Positions 12,819 to 23,349 of a DNA stretch of 64,000 nucleotides are shown piece by piece. A program made the translations under genes and the position numbers. The notes below the pieces were generated by a model, which was not told the origin of the DNA, ran no database searches, and saw nothing but the letters and a program-made list of their open reading frames with translations. Origin of the DNA: Corallochytrium limacisporum Hawaii (lineage: Eukaryota; Protista; Pluriformea); contig PDIP01000016.1 of assembly GCA_002811645.1 (NCBI GenBank), forward strand, positions 124,001-188,000, in the 5' to 3' direction. The first letter of the stretch is position 1; each line of letters starts with the position of its first letter.

Positions 12819-15269
12819 TCATGACTGTTGTGGACTCGCAGCGGTCGCCGGAGCATCTGCAGGAGCTGTGGGAGCCTCTGCAGAAGCATGTGGTGCATCT
12901 ACCACTGATGTGATCGCCTTGCACTGTCTCTCAATAACCGTGACATCTGCCATGTTTAGCTCACTCAACTCAGCATCGTTGTATTCAGACCGCACCATCC
13001 GCATCAGGACACCATATGCCTCACTGATCCTCTTCACCACGGAGTCCCAGAGAATTCCCTCTGTTCCCTCGCTGCGGAGGAAATAGTGCAATTTGCGACG
13101 GGCCACGGGCATCCGATCCTTTAGCCCGGCCTCCAAGCTCTGCTTCAGGCTCGCAAGCGCTTCCTTTGAGGCCCAGGATGAGGTCTTTAGATCCCCAGCC
13201 GACTCCACGCCTACTAATACTTTGTCAATCTGCTGCTGGGTGGCGATCATCTCCGGGCAAACATACTTCATCGTAATATCAATGAAGGTCATACAAGCCG
13301 TACGCAGCCTTTTGTCCAAATCAGCGCGACCGTCCAGTTCCTGCGACACACTTCTGGGGACGGCCTTTGAGATGAAGTCAAACACAGAACCTTGCCTGAC
13401 CAGATTGTAGGCCGCATCATACATAGACGTGAAGTCCAGACTGTGCTGTGTGGCCACGAAGCGCACATCGAAAGGTGCCAATTGTTCACGGAGCACCAGA
13501 TAGTGGTACACCAGGAAGAGGTGCCCATTCATGGCCGCAAGGTCCGCTGACGGCTTTGCCCTTGACTGGATCTCTCGCGCAGCCGTCTCAATAGAAAGCA
13601 AACAGGCGCTCAACAGATCCTGCGCCAAACCTTCGAAAACACTGCGGTGCACGCAGCGGTAAAGCCGACTGATGACTAGCAAGGTAGTCTGCATCGGTTG
13701 GTACCAACGCAAAGGTTGGCGGAACACTTTATCACCGCGGCTAGCCCCGGCGGCCTGTACTTCCGTGCTGGATGTGTCCTTGGTGAACGCAGCGTAGTCC
13801 TGGACACTGAGGACGTAGGCAGTAATCTGCTTTTGGATGAAGGAGTCCATGCGGTAGATCAGTTTTTCCTGCACATCCTCCATCAACTGTTGCACAACCT
13901 GGTACACAGCTGTTTCGGCAGCCATCATCGCGGTGGTGTTGGCGGTACGATCCTGTGTAGGATTCCGCAACGCCTGCATTGCGTTCATAGCTGTTTCCTC
14001 GTCAATAACGTCGAGTTGTAGGGTTTCACACACGTCCAGCAGGTTGCTCATGTCGTGCTCATAGATCAGCCTTGGTCGGAGGTAGTCGTAGATGGTCTCG
14101 CAGAGACGGCGTAGGAACGGGACAAGGGCATTGGATGCCGACACGTCGCCTTGACATAGCCGGTTAAAGAGTTTTTCTTCAGCAACGCAGAGCATGCGCA
14201 GGTACAGGCCCATGTCACGCGCTAGGTCGCTAATCCGTCCATCAGTTTTGCTGATCTGCGCGTCCAATTCAGCCAGGCGCTGTTTGGTCTCGGGCCACAC
14301 TAAGTTCTCACGCTGGACGACGTAGTACCGGAAGATTTCACTGGAAATGTGTCCGTACAGCTGCGGCAGACGACGATTCCGCTGCAAGACCTCCACGAAG
14401 GGCGGGGATACCTGCTCCAGTTGATACCCGAGTCGTCCACACTGTTCGTTATAGTCCAACGTCTGTCCGTCGGTCTCCCGGCTTGCTTTACCCATGGCCT
14501 CTGCAATCTGTTGGGTCAGCAAGGACCGAAGCACAAAACTGACCTTATAGTGCAGTTGTTTGGCCCGCGTCAGGTATGATTCTGCAGCTCTATAGGTCGG
14601 ATGCGATTCTAGAAAGGCCACACTTTTATCCAAGCTGTCCAGTATGTCCAGGCCACCCTTAATCGAAAAGGTTGTGCCCTCGATCCTCCGTGCCGAGCGG
14701 TCAACTGCATCAAAGTATGTAAGTTTCTCCTTCAATTCGTCTGCTTGACGCAGACTCTGCTCTTGGGCAGCAACAAGGTCCTCACAGGCTTCATGTAGTG
14801 CACTTGTGCGTTGACTGACCAGCAAGTGCTGCACCGTCAGGTTTGAGAGCATCGCATCGATGGACTTCAGGGACTCCAGTTGCCCACTAAACCACCCCTC
14901 CGCGGTCTTCAAGTCCCTATGGTATGCCTCACAGGCGGCCATGTCTTCCTTGTCGAGCGCCGATTCGACCTGCTGGTACCACTTGCGAAACTTCGACAGG
15001 CTGTTCAGTTCCGGCAACTTCTGAAGCTGAGCCAGAGTAGCCTGAAGTTCTTTATGTGCTGTCTCTTCATCCGCTGCTGTTGCTGCTGTTGTCGCCTCGG
15101 GAACAACGATTCCCTTCGTCAGTGAGTTCCTCTGTTCGGTCGATGCTATTTCTTCTTGGGCCGGTGTTGATGCCGGCGTTGTTGTTGCCGTCGATCCCGT
15201 TAGTTGCACATGACCGACATCCCGCAGGAGCTTCAGCACTTCCGCCCGACTGTCCGTATGGGCGCTCAT
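12819..15269 (-). CDS. COG3: Conserved oligomeric Golgi complex subunit 3 (Sec34)
   Basis: 816 aa. Motifs VSQRTSALHEACEDL, LESHPTYRAAESYL, YDYLRPRLI, DVQEKLIYR, WYQPMQTTLLVISRLYRCV, FEGLAQ and HLFLVYHYLVLREQLAPF are characteristic of COG3. Confidence 0.93.
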   Translation of the reverse strand: MSAHTDSRAEVLKLLRDVGHVQLTGSTATTTPASTPAQEEIASTEQRNSLTKGIVVPEATTAATAADEETAHKELQATLAQLQKLPELNSLSKFRKWYQQVESALDKEDMAACEAYHRDLKTAEGWFSGQLESLKSIDAMLSNLTVQHLLVSQRTSALHEACEDLVAAQEQSLRQADELKEKLTYFDAVDRSARRIEGTTFSIKGGLDILDSLDKSVAFLESHPTYRAAESYLTRAKQLHYKVSFVLRSLLTQQIAEAMGKASRETDGQTLDYNEQCGRLGYQLEQVSPPFVEVLQRNRRLPQLYGHISSEIFRYYVVQRENLVWPETKQRLAELDAQISKTDGRISDLARDMGLYLRMLCVAEEKLFNRLCQGDVSASNALVPFLRRLCETIYDYLRPRLIYEHDMSNLLDVCETLQLDVIDEETAMNAMQALRNPTQDRTANTTAMMAAETAVYQVVQQLMEDVQEKLIYRMDSFIQKQITAYVLSVQDYAAFTKDTSSTEVQAAGASRGDKVFRQPLRWYQPMQTTLLVISRLYRCVHRSVFEGLAQDLLSACLLSIETAAREIQSRAKPSADLAAMNGHLFLVYHYLVLREQLAPFDVRFVATQHSLDFTSMYDAAYNLVRQGSVFDFISKAVPRSVSQELDGRADLDKRLRTACMTFIDITMKYVCPEMIATQQQIDKVLVGVESAGDLKTSSWASKEALASLKQSLEAGLKDRMPVARRKLHYFLRSEGTEGILWDSVVKRISEAYGVLMRMVRSEYNDAELSELNMADVTVIERQCKAITSVVDAPHASAEAPTAPADAPATAASPQQS

Positions 15270-15281
15270 AATTTAGGCACT

Positions 15282-15752
15282 TCAACAACACTTGTGATTT
15301 GCCTTCCACTCAGCATTTGTGTCCTCGTAGATCTCTTTCTTGAAGATTGGTGCCTTGGCTTTGACCTCGTTGATGAGAAATTCGCACGCTTCGAAGCTTT
15401 CTTTGCGGTGCGGTGTACTGACTGCAATAGCAATACTTGCCTCCTTCACCGGCACCTCGTTCAAGCGGTGTATTATGGCAATCTTCAGGATCCCAGGCCA
15501 GTTCTTACTTGCACAAATGGCTGCCTTCTCTAATTCTTTCAAGGCCATAGACTGGTACGCCTCGTAGTATAACGTACGTACGGCCTTCCCCTGGAAATTG
15601 TTCCGTGTAGTCCCTACAAAGAGATTAATAGCACCTGCCTTCGGATCGGCACACCACTCCTGTACTCGAGAGATGTCAATAGCTTCCTCTTGCAACTGCA
15701 GCCACAGGCGATCGGTTTGAAGGCCGGAGTCCAATTTGCCAGTCCCTGTCAT
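15282..15752 (-). CDS. MOCS2: Molybdopterin synthase catalytic subunit (MoaE/MOCS2B)
   Basis: GAINLFVGTTRNNFQGKAVRTLYYEAY, IAIIHRL, ASIAIAVSTPHRKESF, VKAKAPIFKKEIY. Confidence 0.95.
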   Translation of the reverse strand: MTGTGKLDSGLQTDRLWLQLQEEAIDISRVQEWCADPKAGAINLFVGTTRNNFQGKAVRTLYYEAYQSMALKELEKAAICASKNWPGILKIAIIHRLNEVPVKEASIAIAVSTPHRKESFEACEFLINEVKAKAPIFKKEIYEDTNAEWKANHKCC

Positions 15753-16275
15753 CGAAAACCATTGAGGGCTTCAATTTTTGAAGAATACCTTCACTTCATA
15801 AATTCTTTGTTCTTTCAGGATCACAACCATTTGTACACCACCAATCATTTTATATTTGGCCTCAAATAGCCAACTGACTTCTGGCAGACTGAATCGCAAA
15901 ACAAATCCATGGCGGTGGCTTTTCCGGATGGCCCGCGTTTGTGGGGAGGGAGGGGAGGGGGCGCCATTCATTTACCCTGCCTCAGTAGGGGGAGAGGGTG
16001 TTTAGGTGGTTGGTTTCGAACTTCGGCAGTCAAACTGTCCGGTGTGTCTTTTCCTCACGCAGTCCACCCTCCATGGCACTGATGTGAGCTCCCCCCGGGC
16101 AACGCCATAGCATGGGTTATCTGCGATCCTGCAGGGATATTTCTTTCATGCTTCGAAGAATAATCGCGCACATGTTCTGTACGGACATACTACCAAGGAA
16201 TGGGACATACAGATGTTTCCCTCTTTGGGGCCATAAGAAGACCAGGACCCCCTGCGCTATTGCGATGAAGGGATC

Positions 16276-19224
16276 ATGAGTTCAGAAGGGTCGCGCAGCC
16301 CGGCCATAGATGACACTTCGTCCGAAGAGTCAGAAGGAGAGGATGATTTCTGTCGCTCTTTCGCACCTGCAACGATGCTGTCCAGTCGGCTTCGAAACAC
16401 ACAACACCCTGAATCCATGGTGGAAGAGACGGAACAAACAGTCGCTGGTGGTCCGCTGAAGCGGAGACCTAGCGCACTGAGTTCTGACCACTGCCGCACG
16501 CCGACGCCATCAAAGAAACAGCGAAGACAGGAGATGCAGAATGGTTTTGGCCTTGGATTCCGACCTAGTGCGAATGACTCAGAGGAAGGATCTGACGAAG
16601 ACCGAACCACGCCTCTGCAGCGAGCCAACTTCCGCGGTTCTCGGTTCCAGCAGCAATATAAGCCATGCTTTGGCAACGAAGAGAGCAACGCCACAGCCCT
16701 GCGTCAAAATGGACCGGAGCCGTTGATATTGGATGCCCAAGGGATGGTGACAGTCAACACGTATATCAGTCGTCACTTGCGCAGCTATCAAAGGGACGGC
16801 ATTCGGTTCCTGTACGATCGATTTGTTCAGTGCCGGGGCGCAGTATTAAACCATGACATGGGTCTGGGCAAGACTGTACAGACCATAGCCTTCCTCAGTG
16901 CGATTCAGGGGAAAACTGGGCTCAAGTCCGAATGGCTGCAGAGTGAAATGTCTCTATTCAATGAGGACCTTCAGCAAACAGCGCGGGCATCGGGGGACGA
17001 CGCCGAAGATGAGCAGGTGTCAGAGTCTCCAAGGAGGAAGAGACGGGCATCCCTAGTGGTGGTCCCGACCAGTGTTCTGCACAATTGGCTGAACGAATTT
17101 GACACCTGGGGTTACTTTAGTGTGGAGATCTTTGATAAAGGACGGGATCCAAGGCCACGACTACAGATAGGTGCTGTGGACATCATGCTGTGTACATATC
17201 GCAGTCTTCAGGATCATGGGCGGCTGTTGGAGGATTACAAATGGCAGGTGATTGTCTATGACGAGGTTCATATGTTCGGCAATCGACAGATGAAAAAGTA
17301 TGCAGCCGCGGAAAGATTGATCGCGGACTGCCGTATCGGCCTAACCGGAACACCTGTACAGAACAATTTGCAGGAACTGTGGGCTATTCTGAATATTCTC
17401 GAACCTAAATTCTACAATTCTCGAGATTTTGACGACATGGAACGAACTATCACAGCGGGCATGTCAAAGAACGCGAGCACATCGTTAAAGCGTGAAAAGG
17501 AGAAGGCTGTGCGACATATGACTTCTCTGCTTAACGTTATGATGCACCGTCGCACCAAAGATGAACACCTTGCCAAAGAACTACCAGAGAAAACAGAGTA
17601 CGTGCTCTTTGCACCTATGACCCAGCGACAGAAGCAATTCCTACGGCGCATCCTAAGTAGCCGACCGGCCAAGATGCTCAAAGAGAAGAACCCCCACTAC
17701 CCTCCGGAAAGGAACTGTCCCTGCCAGGAACGGGACCCAAAGTTTCAGGAGTGCATGCACACTGTCACCTACGACAGTCTACGTCACATGATATCTTCGC
17801 TCTTTTTTGTCTGCTTTCAATGGATGCAAAAGGTGGCAAACCATCCAGCGCTGTTTGGTTGGAGGGTAGGTACTTCAGGTACGGGAACAAGCGCTGAATT
17901 ACCGTCCAGCGGACGTCCCAAAACACTTTCCAAGACCACCCCTAAAGCTCTGCCCTCGGACGGCATAACTCTCAGTGACGCGGAGATCACTGCAATTCAT
18001 GACGATGCTGACGATACGCTTTACTGCGGAAAACTGCGTTGGGTCGAGCGATTGCTCCGCACTTGGCGCGAGGAGACACTGCGCGAAACTTCAGGCTTTG
18101 ATGGCCCAGTAACATCAAATCAGAACAAAGCACACAAAGTGTTGGTTTTTAGCCAATTCACCTCAATGCTCGATATCCTCGAACGGTTCTGCGTGAAACG
18201 ACACTATCCATTTCTCCGTTTGGACGGGTCTACGAGGCCGATTCACCGTCAGGAGCTGGTGACTAAGTTTAACAAGGACCCGGAACAATTTGTATTTCTG
18301 ATCTCGCTCCGGGCCGGAGCGGTAGGATTGAATCTGACCGGAGCTAACAAAGTGATAATCTTCGAACCGTGCTGGAATCCGACCTATGACGTCCAGGCCC
18401 AAGACCGTGCCTTCCGCATCGGGCAGCGTCGACCTGTCGAGGTTTACCGCTTGATCTCCACCCACACCGTTGAAGAGGCCGTGTACGATCGGCAGATTTG
18501 GAAAAGTGTTATGGCCGACATGACGACAACTGGTAATGAGAAGGCTGAAAGCTTCTTGGAGCAGAGCCGCGTATTTGGACTGAAAGCTATCTTTGAGAAG
18601 GGACAAGTGGTCGTGGACCACCGTAATCTGCAGCATGTTGGACAGTATGACAATGACCTGCACATGCACCGCGTGCGATCCGCGGAAGAGCACAATCATG
18701 GAGACGATCGGAACCATGAAGAGATCGATACTGAAGATATTACAGCCGATCTTCCCGAAGACGACCGCACCATAGAAGTAACCCTTGAAGGCATGGACCT
18801 CGGGGACATTGATGGAGGAGAACAGTTCGGTTGGGAAGAGCAGGAAGTCCAGGATGAAGGGCGACAAAAGCAAAGCCAACATCAGCAATCCATGCAACAT
18901 CCAACTAAGGGCGAATTCAGAAGCAGGAACAGCACGCAACCGTGGCATGACGTTCAGCCCATGCTTCATCAACGCTTCCTTGGCGACACAGAGCCGCACG
19001 GGCCCGGTACCGAAGACAAATTGGATGCTGTGAGTGGTAGTGGGGACAATGAAGTGCACAACGGCAAGCGACCGTTCACGAAAGGCCAATGCCTGGCGGT
19101 TCTGCAGGCGATGGCCACACTGGACGGCTACCACGACACCGTCGATTATGCAGAGATGTTGCTAGCCACATCAAAAGAAGAGGTGCAGAGGCGGATTGAT
19201 CGATTCTACAGAGAAGACTCATGA
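16276..19224 (+). CDS. ERCC6L2: SNF2-family helicase, ERCC6-like 2 (Rad26L)
   Basis: DMGLGKT, DEVH, GLTGTPVQN, RLDGST and QAQDRAFRIGQ helicase motifs. NWLNEFDTWGYF and the C-terminal AMA...YAEMLLATSKEEVQRRIDRFY match the ERCC6L2 subfamily. Confidence 0.85.
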   Translation: MSSEGSRSPAIDDTSSEESEGEDDFCRSFAPATMLSSRLRNTQHPESMVEETEQTVAGGPLKRRPSALSSDHCRTPTPSKKQRRQEMQNGFGLGFRPSANDSEEGSDEDRTTPLQRANFRGSRFQQQYKPCFGNEESNATALRQNGPEPLILDAQGMVTVNTYISRHLRSYQRDGIRFLYDRFVQCRGAVLNHDMGLGKTVQTIAFLSAIQGKTGLKSEWLQSEMSLFNEDLQQTARASGDDAEDEQVSESPRRKRRASLVVVPTSVLHNWLNEFDTWGYFSVEIFDKGRDPRPRLQIGAVDIMLCTYRSLQDHGRLLEDYKWQVIVYDEVHMFGNRQMKKYAAAERLIADCRIGLTGTPVQNNLQELWAILNILEPKFYNSRDFDDMERTITAGMSKNASTSLKREKEKAVRHMTSLLNVMMHRRTKDEHLAKELPEKTEYVLFAPMTQRQKQFLRRILSSRPAKMLKEKNPHYPPERNCPCQERDPKFQECMHTVTYDSLRHMISSLFFVCFQWMQKVANHPALFGWRVGTSGTGTSAELPSSGRPKTLSKTTPKALPSDGITLSDAEITAIHDDADDTLYCGKLRWVERLLRTWREETLRETSGFDGPVTSNQNKAHKVLVFSQFTSMLDILERFCVKRHYPFLRLDGSTRPIHRQELVTKFNKDPEQFVFLISLRAGAVGLNLTGANKVIIFEPCWNPTYDVQAQDRAFRIGQRRPVEVYRLISTHTVEEAVYDRQIWKSVMADMTTTGNEKAESFLEQSRVFGLKAIFEKGQVVVDHRNLQHVGQYDNDLHMHRVRSAEEHNHGDDRNHEEIDTEDITADLPEDDRTIEVTLEGMDLGDIDGGEQFGWEEQEVQDEGRQKQSQHQQSMQHPTKGEFRSRNSTQPWHDVQPMLHQRFLGDTEPHGPGTEDKLDAVSGSGDNEVHNGKRPFTKGQCLAVLQAMATLDGYHDTVDYAEMLLATSKEEVQRRIDRFYREDS

Positions 19225-19355
19225 CACAAAACACTGAAAATGAATTGCTGATTAACAGAAAATAAAGAATTGCCATGTAATATGAAACTTGGTCAAAGGA
19301 GAAATGAATGCTGTGCGAGTTGTAGTTTGATTCTGTGCATCTTCAACTAAAGGCT

Positions 19356-22193
19356 TCACTCAAAGGCCCCCGGTGCCACAAAACTGAAGCCCTCGAAGAG
19401 GCTCTGCTCGGTGGCGGAAAGCTTTTGCCGCCCCGGTGTCATAATTGGCGGCTCGGACGTGAATTCGTCCTCGAAGTACCGCACGTCCCGGTCGTCGTTG
19501 AGCTTCGGCACAAACGCCGGCTTGATTCGCAGATTTTCAACGTCGTCAAAGTTCATATCGGCAAAGAAAATGTGCTGCTTGATTTCGTCAGCATCCTGGC
19601 GGCTGGCACCCAGACGCTTGGTCGGGTCCTTAACCAGCAGAGATTGGATCAGGCTGCTCGCCTCCGGGCTCAGCCAACGCGGATAGTGCACGCGATTGCG
19701 CATGATATTCTCAAAGATTTCAACATCATCTTCTCCTGGGAAGGGAGATTGACCAAGGATCATTTCGTAGACCAGCACGCCGAAAGACCACCAGTCGACC
19801 ACGCGGGTGTACTGGTCCTCCTGCAAGATTTCAGGAGCAATGAATTCAGGAGTGCCGCAGAAGGTTCCCGTGGTGCGGTCCGTACCATCCTCGTTAAGCA
19901 TGTTAAGCTTGCAGAGGCCATAATCGGCAATCTTGATGTGTCCGTGGCGGTCCAAGAGCAGATTGTCGAGCTTCAAGTCGCGATAGATAATGCCCTTGGA
20001 GTGCAAGTAGCCCAGGCCACACAGGATCTCTGCGGAATAGAACTTACCACGGTCTTCACCAAAGATCTCCTGGTGAATGTGTAGCATGAGATCACCCCCA
20101 TTGGCGTATTCCATGACGAAGCACAGGTGAGTGGGTGTCTGCAGGCAGGCATACAACTGCAGGAGGAAGGGATGGTAGCCCCCGATAGCTGCAAACACGC
20201 CCTTCTCCGTCTCAATGCCCTCAATCTCGTCCTGTTCAATGATGAACGTCTTCTTAAGGACCTTGATGGCGTAAAGACTGGTGCTGTTGTTGTGTTCGGA
20301 CAAAATAACCTTGCCAAAGTTACCCTTACCCAGCACGGACACGAAAGTAAACTGGTCGATAGATACGTCCTTCTTCTTCTCTTCCGCATCCTTGGCGACA
20401 ATCTTCTCCAGACTCTTGGCCCGCTGAACTTTGCCCTCCATTGCTTCCGTTGCGGTCGGGATTACGGGGACAGGGACTTCGACTGCTGTGACCTCAGATG
20501 CGGACGCGACGGACACAGCAATGGCTGCCGCGCGCTCTTGTGCCTCAATGTCCCCACCACTGTTGAGCATCTGTTCCGCCTTCTCACGGTTCAGGTCCAT
20601 CAGAGAGGTCTGTCGACTGATCTGCTCCTCCAACGATGTTGCATCGTCATCGCCAGTCTCCACGGGCTCTGTCTGCGACAGGGCAAGCATCATCTCCAAG
20701 GTCATGCCACAGTAGTCCTTCACGTACCGTTCACAGTTCTTGTGGCAGGTCAGGTTGCAGTGCTGGCACCGCCTTCCCTTGCCTCGGATGCCAACCACGA
20801 AGGCACCGCAATGGCAACAGAAGGCAGGTTTCAGACTCATGTGTGTAACCCAGGAATGAGGAATAGAGTGCCGCATGCCACCGATCTGCGGCGGATCGCC
20901 GGCGGCGCTGCTAACCTGTTGCGTCGCGGCGACAGCTAGGGAGTTTTCCTTGGCGCGCCGGGCTAGTCCTGCCAGACCCTCGCACTTGTCCACCAAATTG
21001 TGCAGACAACGGTAGTGGACGGTCTGGTTGCAGACCTCACACTTCAATCCCTGTCGTCCACTGCCACTCAACAGTTCCTTGCAGACGTGGCATTGCTTGA
21101 CCTGGTAGAAGGCGGTTGGAATCAGGCGGTGTTCACTGACTATGGTGACCTTCTGTTTCATGACGTGACCCTGGCGTCTGATCTCGGGCACCACGGCCTC
21201 TGTAATCTCCGGATTCTCAAACCCAAGCTCTAGGCGGCAGGATCCTTCTGGTTCCACATTTACTGTGAGTCCACGACGAAGGGAATCGATGAGGTTTTGA
21301 AGGCGCACAAAAATCAAACCACAGAGCACCACCCCGTCAACATAGATCAATATCTCCAGTTCTTTTGACTTTTTGATGTTGAACTCGAAGCTTTCGTTAA
21401 ACTTAGATGTCAAGTGTCCACGGTTGAGGAGGGCCTTCTGTGGCTTGGTGCTACCCAGCAGCTGATTGTCACAGCGGATTTCCACTACCATATGGTCCCG
21501 TTCGATCTTGCTGTCCTTGCTACGGTGGTTGGTTAGGGCGGCAGCACCCTTGTCACTCAAGCGTCCATCTGCCACGTTCTCAACAGAGTCAACCTTGAGG
21601 TAAAGCACGCCAGTCAGCGCTGCCCACGCAGTGCGTTCCTTCTCGTACTGTGCGACGTTGAGGTGCTCCGGATTTGCGTTGTGCTTGGAGATTGCGTTGG
21701 AAAGAATCTGTTCCCGTTGCTGTGCTTCGTTCAGCTTCTTCAGAATAGGTTCAAGGCTGGCGCTGATCTGTTTCTGGCTGCGCTTGTCTGTTACAGGACC
21801 CATGCTGGCTTTGACCGTTTCCAACATTTGTTCGATGCCCTTCTTTACGTTGACTTCGATCATGTACCGACGCTGTAGCTCGTGCAGCAGTTGTAAACGG
21901 TCCGTGAAGAGCACACTCTGGCGCTCGGGTGCCTTAAGCCTAAGGATTTCCATATTGTAGTAATTAATCTTTTCCTTGGCCTGCTTCAAATTATTCTCTG
22001 CCTCTTCCCGCGCGTCCTTCTCTTCCCGGGACTTGGGGGCCTTGTATGCGCTGAGGTAAGCCTCCGCTGCATTCTTCACCTTTGTCTCTTTAGCAATCAA
22101 CCGTTGGTATCCAGCGATTCCTTCGACAATTTCCTCTTCGGTCAATGTCGATTGAGAGCGGCGGTACGCGGCGGGCATAGCATCTAGCGACAT
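19356..22193 (-). CDS. PKC1: Protein kinase C, fungal Pkc1-type architecture (2xHR1, C2-like, pseudosubstrate, 2xC1, AGC kinase)
   Basis: First ATG at 22193 (gcaacATG). HR1 motifs (KETKVKNAAE; IEVNVKKGIEQM), pseudosubstrate IRRQGHV, two Cys/His C1 fingers, and kinase motifs GKGNFGKV, YRDLKLDN, DYG, TFCGTPEFIAPE, with hydrophobic motif FEGFSF. Confidence 0.9.
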   Translation of the reverse strand: MSLDAMPAAYRRSQSTLTEEEIVEGIAGYQRLIAKETKVKNAAEAYLSAYKAPKSREEKDAREEAENNLKQAKEKINYYNMEILRLKAPERQSVLFTDRLQLLHELQRRYMIEVNVKKGIEQMLETVKASMGPVTDKRSQKQISASLEPILKKLNEAQQREQILSNAISKHNANPEHLNVAQYEKERTAWAALTGVLYLKVDSVENVADGRLSDKGAAALTNHRSKDSKIERDHMVVEIRCDNQLLGSTKPQKALLNRGHLTSKFNESFEFNIKKSKELEILIYVDGVVLCGLIFVRLQNLIDSLRRGLTVNVEPEGSCRLELGFENPEITEAVVPEIRRQGHVMKQKVTIVSEHRLIPTAFYQVKQCHVCKELLSGSGRQGLKCEVCNQTVHYRCLHNLVDKCEGLAGLARRAKENSLAVAATQQVSSAAGDPPQIGGMRHSIPHSWVTHMSLKPAFCCHCGAFVVGIRGKGRRCQHCNLTCHKNCERYVKDYCGMTLEMMLALSQTEPVETGDDDATSLEEQISRQTSLMDLNREKAEQMLNSGGDIEAQERAAAIAVSVASASEVTAVEVPVPVIPTATEAMEGKVQRAKSLEKIVAKDAEEKKKDVSIDQFTFVSVLGKGNFGKVILSEHNNSTSLYAIKVLKKTFIIEQDEIEGIETEKGVFAAIGGYHPFLLQLYACLQTPTHLCFVMEYANGGDLMLHIHQEIFGEDRGKFYSAEILCGLGYLHSKGIIYRDLKLDNLLLDRHGHIKIADYGLCKLNMLNEDGTDRTTGTFCGTPEFIAPEILQEDQYTRVVDWWSFGVLVYEMILGQSPFPGEDDVEIFENIMRNRVHYPRWLSPEASSLIQSLLVKDPTKRLGASRQDADEIKQHIFFADMNFDDVENLRIKPAFVPKLNDDRDVRYFEDEFTSEPPIMTPGRQKLSATEQSLFEGFSFVAPGAFE

Positions 22194-23349
22194 GTTGCTG
22201 CCGGCTTCTTTGGCCCGATTGACCTGAACGTGCACAATGGCAGTTCTTTTCTTAACACTGCTACTTCCCGTCACTTTGACTGGTTACTGATATCTACACA
22301 CGACGACCACCACACTTATCAAGCACCTGTGTACGAAGTATAATTTCAACGCTTTCTCCAAGAACTTTTACCACCGTTACATCACCAATTCCAAGTAGCT
22401 GATTCTTAAGAGTAATCTGCTGTTTTGATCAGAAACACCAAGTGCTAAGCAACAATTGGCTTTTTATTTTCTATTTCGCTTCTCAATGTCACTCCGGCCT
22501 GTAGTCACGTTACCAAGTCTTCTCTCGTTACTTGGTCGAAGTGGAAGGAAAACAAATTTTATCCTGATCTCTGCCTTTGTGTGTGTGTGTGCGCTTCTCT
22601 CTGCCATACCCGGTGGCTTGCTACCGTGCTACCCTCTCCCACCGCCCGGGTCTCTTGTCTCTTCTTCTCCAGTCCCCCTTCTCTGTGTGCGCTACCGTTG
22701 CCAATCGCTTCTCCGTTGTGCAGGCCCACCCCTTTGCCCAGCTACAAGTGCTCCCTCGCTTCCTTGGGACCCCCGGATAAAGGTTTAGGGGGGTGGGGGG
22801 GTGGCCACTCCGGGCCTCCTCGCAACCGTAGGAAAACGGTAAGTTGGCTATAGAAACGGAAAGTACAAGCGCGGGGATGAGGAAGCGCAGAGGGGCCGAC
22901 CGCGCAGGCCGAGAGCAAGGGAACGCACAGCAAAAAGTAAAGGCCAAAAAGAACCGCGAAGCGTCCTGACGGGCAACTCGGTCATGATGTCCATATCTAA
23001 GCAAATCGAATAGTGTAGCCTTGATATTGAATAGACTGCATAAAAAATTTGACTGCGTGGTCTCTAGTATATCTACGAAGGTACGAGCCTTCTTGAAGAA
23101 AGGCAGGAAGCGGCGTTCCACCCCACCCCCCCGGGCCTTCTCTAAACCCCTTGAGATCCCCTAAACGGGGCTTTCGGGGCCTGCGATTGGATAGTTTCCA
23201 GCGAATCAGAGATATGGAGGAGGGGGGAGGCACCTCGAGGATTCTACGCAACCCGTTTTCTTACTCTTAAGGTCTGGTACAATGCACGCGCCATCGGTAC
23301 TCGTCGTGGGGCATCAACCACAAAAAAGTTTTCCAGCCTTCGGTTCTTT

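Noticed and set aside
15771-15971. Upstream ORF as MOCS2A/MoaD (animal-style bicistronic MOCS2)
   Set aside because: It has only a short EVKVFF resemblance, no C-terminal Gly-Gly and no ubiquitin-like pattern.
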